Shown here: positions 17,462 to 22,510 of the stretch, piece after piece
Layout of the letters: each line of letters starts with the position of its first letter
Position numbering within the stretch: position 1 is the first letter of the stretch
Source of the DNA: a virus
Taxonomy: Duplodnaviria; Caudoviricetes
Direction: 5' to 3' (one strand)
Virus record (IMG/VR): IMGVR_UViG_3300027759_003166
DNA: 64,000 nt
Translations under genes and position numbers: made by a program
The notes under the pieces: model-generated
What the model saw: the letters and a program-made list of their open reading frames with translations, nothing else
Databases searched by the model: none
What the model was told of the DNA's origin: nothing

Positions 17462-18087
17462 TCTGCTTCTGTTAACATTTCAACAATTTTATAATTATTA
17501 TTGTTTATCCAACTGTCAAACTCATTGAGATTTGAATTACTCACTTCTACAAACAATAAAGGTCTACATCTTGCTATAGTATCAGCAAGTCCAATGAGTA
17601 CATCCATTTCCATGCCTTCTACATCAATTTTAATCAAATCAATTTTTTTATTATAAAATAAGGCATCGCCTGGTACTTGAGGAATACCCGATATCATCCC
17701 TTGATCTTTTAAACTTGTTGCACCTAAATTATCGTTAAACATTTCTCGAATGCCTGAAAACCCAAATCTAGAACCCATTGCTAGACCTAGAAAATCTATG
17801 TTAACGGATTTGCAATAATTCAATGCTATATTTTGTAATAGTAATTTATAGCTCTGTGCTATTGGCTCAATGACAATTATTTCTTTTGGATTCAGATACC
17901 AATCAAAAAATATAGTGTGATTACCCACATTTGCCCCAACATCTACAATTGTAAGATCTGGAGGAATATATTTTATTAGTTTATCCAATTCATCTCGTTC
18001 ATAAAATTCACATTTAAGATGATGACGTTGAATAGTATCATTACCATTATCTACCATAAATTTTAATTTTCTCATATATGCTTTCAT
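17428..18087 (-). CDS. FkbM family methyltransferase
   Basis: VDVGANVGNHT, IEP, IKIDVEGMEMDVLIG. Confidence 0.9.
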   Translation of the reverse strand: MKAYMRKLKFMVDNGNDTIQRHHLKCEFYERDELDKLIKYIPPDLTIVDVGANVGNHTIFFDWYLNPKEIIVIEPIAQSYKLLLQNIALNYCKSVNIDFLGLAMGSRFGFSGIREMFNDNLGATSLKDQGMISGIPQVPGDALFYNKKIDLIKIDVEGMEMDVLIGLADTIARCRPLLFVEVSNSNLNEFDSWINNNNYKIVEMLTEAEWYKNFLVEPA

Positions 18088-18092
18088 TTATT

Positions 18093-18182
18093 TGGCGGAA
18101 CGACTGAGACTCGAACTCAGAAACCCTCTTTCGAGAGTCGATGGATTAGCAATCCACTCCAATACCATTATGGGACCGTTCC
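18093..18182 (-). tRNA. trnS: tRNA-Ser(GCU)
   Basis: Loop UUGCUAA, long variable arm, G73. Confidence 0.95.
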
Positions 18183-18190
18183 TTAATTCT

Positions 18191-18303
18191 TGGTGCAACC
18201 GGTAGGTCTCGAACCTACAAAGGCGTTGTCTAGGACTTTGCCCCATCACCGGCTTTTCTTTTCAGAAGAAGCGGCAGGTCTGCCATATTCCACTCACGGT
18301 CGC
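18191..18303 (-). ncRNA. 113-nt tRNA-like RNA without a canonical anticodon loop
   Basis: GCGACCG/CGGUUGC-ACCA acceptor, T arm GUAGG-UUCGAGA-CCUAC, Leu-type D region, extended GAAA-capped hairpin and an extra hairpin. Confidence 0.7.
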
Positions 18304-18318
18304 AAGTATATTATATAC

Positions 18319-19056
18319 TTATTCGCCCGCTGTGTCAACTGATTTTACGTGAGCAAGTTCTTTGTTGATAAAGTCCCAAGCTCTTTGCAGTAACCTCTTG
18401 TAGTGAGGATTATCCGTTTTTTCTGGATATATGTCTGCTATATGTTTAACTTCAAATGCTCTATTTAGATATGCTGTCATTTTTGTTCTAAATGCTGCTG
18501 GATCTAAATGAGACAATTTAGGTATCACTGGCGAGATAAAATGTAATGCTTCAATAAAACGTGCATTAATTTCTGCCGGTTGTGCTCTATAAGCGGTATC
18601 TGGATCTTCCCGATCTGCTGGATTTCTTGCTGTACTATAACGTGTACTTTGATTAGCCCTATCCGACGATTTAAAATCGTCCATGGCGTGTCTTAGTTCG
18701 TGTGCAATAATAGTACGCATACGGTTAGAGGACAAGTAATCAGCATTTAAAGATATTGCCTTTTCTGCAGGATCCCATTCACCTAAGTGTGAGTCTGCTC
18801 CTGTTGCTCGTCCATTTAATCTACGTGCTAGATCTACAATAGCTTCATCTGAGGATATTGCCAAACGTATTCTATCCACGGCAGGAATTGGAGTGTCAAA
18901 TAGATCTCCAATGCGTCCAATATGTATTACGCCTGTTTCATCGTAGTCTAACTCTGTATCAGCGTATTGCTGTAGATAATCGTAGATAGTATCAGCAAGG
19001 CTCATAACAGCACGATCTTCTTCAGCAGTTTCAACTAGTAGTTCATGTATTCGCAT
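18319..19056 (-). CDS. Hypothetical zincin-like protein with an MRIHELLVE leader
   Basis: IIAHELRHAMD (HEXXH) and Y...PAEINAR. Confidence 0.65.
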   Translation of the reverse strand: MRIHELLVETAEEDRAVMSLADTIYDYLQQYADTELDYDETGVIHIGRIGDLFDTPIPAVDRIRLAISSDEAIVDLARRLNGRATGADSHLGEWDPAEKAISLNADYLSSNRMRTIIAHELRHAMDDFKSSDRANQSTRYSTARNPADREDPDTAYRAQPAEINARFIEALHFISPVIPKLSHLDPAAFRTKMTAYLNRAFEVKHIADIYPEKTDNPHYKRLLQRAWDFINKELAHVKSVDTAGE

Positions 19057-19068
19057 CTACTTATTTAG

Positions 19069-19156
19069 TGGAGGAAGATGTGAGATTCGAACTCACGGTC
19101 CCTTTCGAGACGACAGTTTTCAAGACTGTTGGTTTAAACCACTCACCCAATCTTCC
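19069..19156 (-). tRNA. trnS: tRNA-Ser(UGA)
   Basis: ACAGU-CUUGAAA-ACUGU, long variable arm. Confidence 0.95.
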
Positions 19157-19164
19157 TTATGTGT

Positions 19165-19239
19165 TGGTGCGTCCGGATGGAATCGAACCACCATTACTAA
19201 GTTCGTAGCCTAGAGTATTCTCCATTATACTACGGACGC
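19165..19239 (-). tRNA. trnR: tRNA-Arg(ACG)
   Basis: Loop CUACGAA. Confidence 0.9.
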
Positions 19240-19246
19240 TTTAATT

Positions 19247-19320
19247 TGGTCCTCTCGACAAGAATCGAACTTGTAATGACCGGTTATCAGCCGATTGTTA
19301 TACCATTTAACTACAAGAGG
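19247..19320 (-). tRNA. trnI: tRNA-Ile(GAU)
   Basis: Loop CUGAUAA. Confidence 0.9.
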
Positions 19321-19326
19321 ATTTCG

Positions 19327-19405
19327 TGGTTGATTTCATCCTGAGCCACCCACTCTATTATACTATGTATAACGTGGGGCTTTGCTACACGACCAGGATC
19401 TGCTC
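19327..19405 (-). ncRNA. 79-nt long-hairpin RNA candidate ending in CCA
   Basis: AUCCUG/CAGGAU, CCCAC/GUGGG and GUUAUAC/GUAUAAU nested helices between tRNA-His and tRNA-Ile. Confidence 0.4.
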
Positions 19406-19482
19406 TGGGGTAACCAATGGGGAACGATCCCATTCTATCACTTTCACAGAGTGAGGTGCTAAACCTTTACACTATGGTCACC
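19406..19482 (-). tRNA. trnH: tRNA-His(GUG)
   Basis: Loop CUGUGAA, G-1:C73; atypical T loop AUCGUUC. Confidence 0.9.
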
Positions 19483-19576
19483 ATATAAAAATACATTCCA
19501 AAAACTTCCGATTAGTTATGTCGGTCATAACGTTTATACAGGATAACTAATTCCTGCAGGAATGTATTTTTATATA
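19482..19576 (-). ncRNA. Family-B long-stem RNA B3
   Basis: UAUAUAAAAAUACAUUCC/GGAAUGUAUUUUUAUAUG stem; possible internal pseudoknot (UUAGUUAU/AUAACUAA). Confidence 0.65.
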
Positions 19577-19580
19577 ATAC

Positions 19581-19659
19581 CATATAGAAACACATTGCTT
19601 CTGTCTCCAAGGACTTCTGATGGACTAGGTCACAGCCTAGGACAATGTGTTTTTATATG
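19581..19659 (-). ncRNA. Family-B long-stem RNA B4
   Basis: CAUAUAAAAACACAUUG/CAAUGUGUUUCUAUAUG; starts at the tRNA-Lys CCA. Confidence 0.65.
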
Positions 19660-19732
19660 GTAGGGGCACCCGGACTCGAACCGGGATAGATCGGGTAAAA
19701 GCCGACTATTCTAGCCTTTGAATTATACCCCC
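19658..19732 (-). tRNA. trnK: tRNA-Lys(UUU)
   Basis: Loop CUUUUAC. Confidence 0.9.
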
Positions 19733-19735
19733 ATA

Positions 19736-19810
19736 TGGTCCACAGCCCCAGAATCGAACTGGGCTCTCTCGGCTTAAGAGGCCGGACTTCGCCAGCAAAG
19801 TTTGCTGTGG
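19736..19810 (-). tRNA. trnK: tRNA-Lys(CUU), atypical core
   Basis: Loop CUCUUAA; A at position 8; compressed D/anticodon junction. Confidence 0.7.
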
Positions 19811-19872
19811 ATGGATTCGTAAATATTTTCTTTTACGTGCCATCCAGGACCATACGGGGGTCTAGGATGACA

Positions 19873-19896
19873 CTATCGTTTCGCTGAACGTTTCAT
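19873..19896 (-). CDS. 7-aa mini-ORF MKRSAKR
   Basis: AAGGAGA SD upstream; followed by a UGUCAUCC/GGAUGGCA hairpin. Confidence 0.4.
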   Translation of the reverse strand: MKRSAKR

Positions 19897-19908
19897 GTCG
19901 TTCTCCTT

Positions 19909-19971
19909 TTAAAGTTTTCTCATAATAAAATACAGAGCACAAAATATAATTACTATCAATAGTAAGACCAT
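19909..19971 (-). CDS. 20-aa hydrophobic peptide MVLLLIVIIFCALYFIMRKL
   Basis: AAGGAG SD; single TM segment plus basic tail. Confidence 0.5.
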   Translation of the reverse strand: MVLLLIVIIFCALYFIMRKL

Positions 19972-19991
19972 AATATGCTCCTTGGTGTGGT

Positions 19992-20066
19992 TGGCAGGGA
20001 CTGAAGGTAACGCTCCTTCTCACCCAGTTTCAAAGACTGGTATCTGCTCTTATCGATTTAATCCCT
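19992..20066 (-). tRNA. trnQ: tRNA-Gln(UUG), atypical
   Basis: CCAGU-CUUUGAA-ACUGG, G73; T loop AGCGUUA, A8. Confidence 0.75.
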
Positions 20067-20162
20067 ATGTTATCTAACTCTTGTTTTGTTAATACAGATA
20101 TTTTTAATTCCGGATGTTGAGTTATTTCCCCTGCCAAACAACACAATGCCCCAACAATAAAA

Positions 20163-20218
20163 CAGGATGCTTATTTTTCAATTAAAAGTTGAATTTAAAA
20201 TTTGCTGTTCGCATCCTA
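20163..20218 (-). ncRNA. Family-A structured RNA A4
   Basis: UAGGAUGC/GCAUCCUG, GAACAGCAA, UUAAA-UUCAACU-UUUAA. Confidence 0.7.
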
Positions 20219-20222
20219 AAAG

Positions 20223-20297
20223 TGGCTCCCTCGGGAAGGATCGAACTTCCGACCAATTGGTTAACAGCCAACTGCTCTACCTCTGAGCTACAAGGGA
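20223..20297 (-). tRNA. trnN: tRNA-Asn(GUU)
   Basis: Loop CUGUUAA, G73. Confidence 0.95.
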
Positions 20298-20305
20298 ATA
20301 ATAAA

Positions 20306-20516
20306 TTTGTAAGTAGTTCCGCCCATATTATCGGAACCATTCACCTTATTATACAAGGCCGGCAAGGTCTCGGTACGTTACTTGGGAGTCCTCCAAATGA
20401 TACGCCAATTGTATACTAGTCTTCCGACCAGCCGGGCATCGAACCCGCATCCTTTTACTGTTTCAGTTGTTCGAACGAACCTAGACAGCGTGACTTCTCT
20501 TGCTAACACTTACAAA
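20306..20516 (-). ncRNA. YrlA-like Y RNA candidate (211 nt) with a permuted tRNA-mimic domain
   Basis: UUUGUAAGU/ACUUACAAA terminal stem; T arm, then loop-closed acceptor stem, then D arm at 20398-20448. Confidence 0.65.
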
Positions 20517-20519
20517 ACT

Positions 20520-20594
20520 TGGAGTCGCATACGGGTTTCGATCCCGTCTAGTCACCTTGAAAGGGTGATGACCTCGCCAGAAGTCTAATGCGAC
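20520..20594 (-). tRNA. trnE: tRNA-Glu(UUC)
   Basis: UCACC-CUUUCAA-GGUGA; T loop AUCGAAA. Confidence 0.85.
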
Positions 20595-20603
20595 ATAATA
20601 AAA

Positions 20604-20663
20604 CAGGATAGCATTTTTTTTCATTAACGTTGAAAGTTTTTTGAGTTTGCTGTTGCTATCCTA
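20604..20663 (-). ncRNA. Family-A structured RNA A5
   Basis: UAGGAUAGC/GCUAUCCUG, AACAGCAA, AAC-UUUCAAC-GUU hairpin. Confidence 0.7.
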
Positions 20664-20668
20664 AAACT

Positions 20669-20715
20669 TGGTGGATAACAGATGCCGACCGTAAGGTATA
20701 AGCACCCGCTTCTCC
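20669..20715 (-). ncRNA. 47-nt minihelix-like RNA with an ACCA end
   Basis: GGAGAA/UUAUCC-ACCA plus GGGUGC/GCAUCU helix; no D or T arm. Confidence 0.45.
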
Positions 20716-20721
20716 ATAATT

Positions 20722-20798
20722 TGGCGCCCCGGACGGGAATCGAACCCGTGACCTCAACCGTGACAGGGTTGCGTGATAAACCGCTACACTACCGGAGC
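20722..20798 (-). tRNA. trnD: tRNA-Asp(GUC)
   Basis: CAACC-CUGUCAC-GGUUG, G73. Confidence 0.95.
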
Positions 20799-20804
20799 TA
20801 AACT

Positions 20805-20880
20805 TGGTGGAGGATAACGGATTCGAACCGTTTGCTCCTGGTTGCAAACCAGGTGTGTTAGCCAAGTATACCAATCCCCC
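20805..20880 (-). tRNA. trnA: tRNA-Ala(UGC)
   Basis: Loop UUUGCAA, G3-U70. Confidence 0.95.
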
Positions 20881-20885
20881 GAATA

Positions 20886-20971
20886 TGGTGGAGGCGGATG
20901 GATTCGAACCACCGTGCTTTTTACGGGCAAGATTTACAGTCTTGTGCAATCAACCTCTCTGCCACGCCTCC
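20886..20971 (-). tRNA. trnY: tRNA-Tyr(GUA)
   Basis: CAAGA-CUGUAAA-UCUUG, long variable arm. Confidence 0.95.
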
Positions 20972-20979
20972 AAAATTGT

Positions 20980-21035
20980 TACACACTCCCGCTACGCTTT
21001 TTGACGCGATTCAAAGTCGCGAAAGAGAATGTGTA
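20980..21035 (-). ncRNA. Family-B-like short element B6
   Basis: UACACAUUCUC/GGGAGUGUGUA 11-bp stem with a CGCGA/UCGCG hairpin inside. Confidence 0.45.
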
Positions 21036-21135
21036 TATTAAAACATACTAATGAAATTGCACTACCTCAGTTTCACGCTGAGTTACCAGTAGTCACGGAG
21101 GCATTGTCCTCCTGCAAATAGTATGCTTTAATATG
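21034..21135 (-). ncRNA. Family-B long-stem RNA B5
   Basis: CAUAUUAAAGCAUACUA/UAGUAUGUUUUAAUAUA; internal GGAGG/CCUCC, ACUAC/GUAGU and CUCAG/CUGAG helices. Confidence 0.65.
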
Positions 21136-21239
21136 ACGAATTTTTTTATCTACAAGAAGATAATCCATCCTCGTCACCGCCCGTTTACCCCATGTTTATA
21201 GTGCAGGGTGTGGTCCTCGTTACCACATATTCACACTCG

Positions 21240-21274
21240 AAAAGCAAAAACCCCAGGGTGTTTAGTCCTAGGGT
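21240..21274 (-). terminator. Attenuator terminator upstream of the tRNA operon
   Basis: ACCCUAGG/CCUGGGGU stem followed by UUUUGCUUUU. Confidence 0.8.
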
Positions 21275-21299
21275 CCTTTGGAGTTAGTGTGTAGTTGTA

Positions 21300-21443
21300 T
21301 TACACTCTGGTCTCCTGGGACCCCTGGCTAATATAGCCCTCTGGTGTGCGATCATTAGATAGACTATCAAACGCCAACCAGCATGAGGGCATCTGCCCTA
21401 ATTTGGCTATCGTATGTTTATAGTTTCTAACTGCTGATTGCAT
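21300..21443 (-). CDS. 47-aa leader peptide containing all 20 amino acids
   Basis: MQSAVRNYKHTIAKLGQMPSCWLAFDSLSNDRTPEGYISQGSQETRV; codons 39-42 are complementary to the terminator 5' strand. Confidence 0.7.
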   Translation of the reverse strand: MQSAVRNYKHTIAKLGQMPSCWLAFDSLSNDRTPEGYISQGSQETRV

Positions 21444-21500
21444 TTTACTTTCCAATTTACCTTTAAATTACTACACGGCATTATTGCTGTGTATGTATGA

Positions 21501-21529
21501 ATTATACATTTATTTAGCCTCGCTGTCAA
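21501..21529 (-). promoter_or_regulatory. Proximal sigma70 promoter of the tRNA operon
   Basis: TTGACA-17 bp-TATAAT, followed by ACATACACAGCAA. Confidence 0.9.
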
Positions 21530-21585
21530 CCTGTTTTTGCCTTTTTGAACAAAATATTTTGACTTTGTTGCTGTGTATGTGACTA

Positions 21586-21614
21586 ATTGTATAGTGATTG
21601 TGTTACCCTGTCAA
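21586..21614 (-). promoter_or_regulatory. Distal sigma70 promoter of the tRNA operon
   Basis: TTGACA-17 bp-TACAAT, followed by ACATACACAGCAA. Confidence 0.85.
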
Positions 21615-21724
21615 CTAGTTTGTTGTATTTTTACAACAGAAGATTTGTCCAAACTGTGTTTCAGTTCTTGACTTTGTTAGGGCAACTGTGTTTAAATAAG
21701 TGCTACTATAACTATAAGGAACGT

Positions 21725-22510
21725 ATGGCAAGAGACCTACTAGTAATTTTACGTAGCTGTACCATTGTACACGCTGCCAGCAACTCAACCAGATACATCA
21801 ATGTTTCTAAACACGAATTAGTCAAACACTGTATCAGCAGTTTGGTTAATAGCATCAATCAAGTAACTAATCATAATATTCGACTAGTTGTCTTAGATGA
21901 TCATAGCAGCCCCGAAGCTGTAGATGATATTAAAACCATAATTGGGCATTGTAAGTTTCCCACAGAATTTATACCTGTGTTAGATGGAACAGGCAATGGA
22001 CATACAATGAAATGTGTCTATGATCAGGTAGAACAGAATTGTACAGATCTATGGTATCACATTGAAGATGACTATCTACACGTACCAGAGGCTATTCAAG
22101 ATATGATCGATTCGGTGGATCAATTTGAATCCAACACAGGTAAATTAGTTGCTATTAATCCTCACGATGACATATGGAGGTATACAAAACAAATTTATCA
22201 TAGTATACTGTTACTTGGTCCATACAGACATTATAGGACAGTTCAACATACTACCTATACTTGTTTGGCCAGCCGTAACCTGTATAATCGTTACCGTAAT
22301 ATTTTCCAAGATTTGGTTAAACTTACTATTAACAAGGAAGGTTGGGTCGAGGACCGGTCAATAAATCAAATTTGGCAACAACCAGATGTTATGTTATTCA
22401 GTCCAATACCTGGTCTAGGATTTCATATTATGGATGAAAGCGGCAAGGATCCTTATTTTGATATTGACGCATTATGGAACAGTGTTCCTAAACTATGGAG
22501 AAAAGAATGA
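21725..22510 (+). CDS. GT-A fold glycosyltransferase (start refined to 21725)
   Basis: VVLDDHSS, GNG, YHIEDDYLH; AAGGA SD. Confidence 0.8.
   Translation: MARDLLVILRSCTIVHAASNSTRYINVSKHELVKHCISSLVNSINQVTNHNIRLVVLDDHSSPEAVDDIKTIIGHCKFPTEFIPVLDGTGNGHTMKCVYDQVEQNCTDLWYHIEDDYLHVPEAIQDMIDSVDQFESNTGKLVAINPHDDIWRYTKQIYHSILLLGPYRHYRTVQHTTYTCLASRNLYNRYRNIFQDLVKLTINKEGWVEDRSINQIWQQPDVMLFSPIPGLGFHIMDESGKDPYFDIDALWNSVPKLWRKE

Noticed and set aside
20306-20516. tmRNA or RNase P RNA identity for the 211-nt element
   Set aside because: It has no G3-U70 acceptor with a tag frame and no RNase P P4 consensus; the tmRNA is at 59015-59270.
14996-20949. ORF-track calls overlapping tRNAs (e.g. 14996-15241, 20656-20949, 20189-20419)
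   Set aside because: They are incidental open frames across tRNA and ncRNA genes.
12202-21135. CRISPR array interpretation of repeat families A and B
   Set aside because: The units are inverted-repeat stems with compensatory changes, not identical direct repeats with uniform spacers, and no cas genes are present in the window.
21136-21239. Two dipeptide mini-ORFs (ATG TGG TAA and ATG GGG TAA) after the attenuator
   Set aside because: No convincing SD precedes either, and such short frames arise easily by chance.
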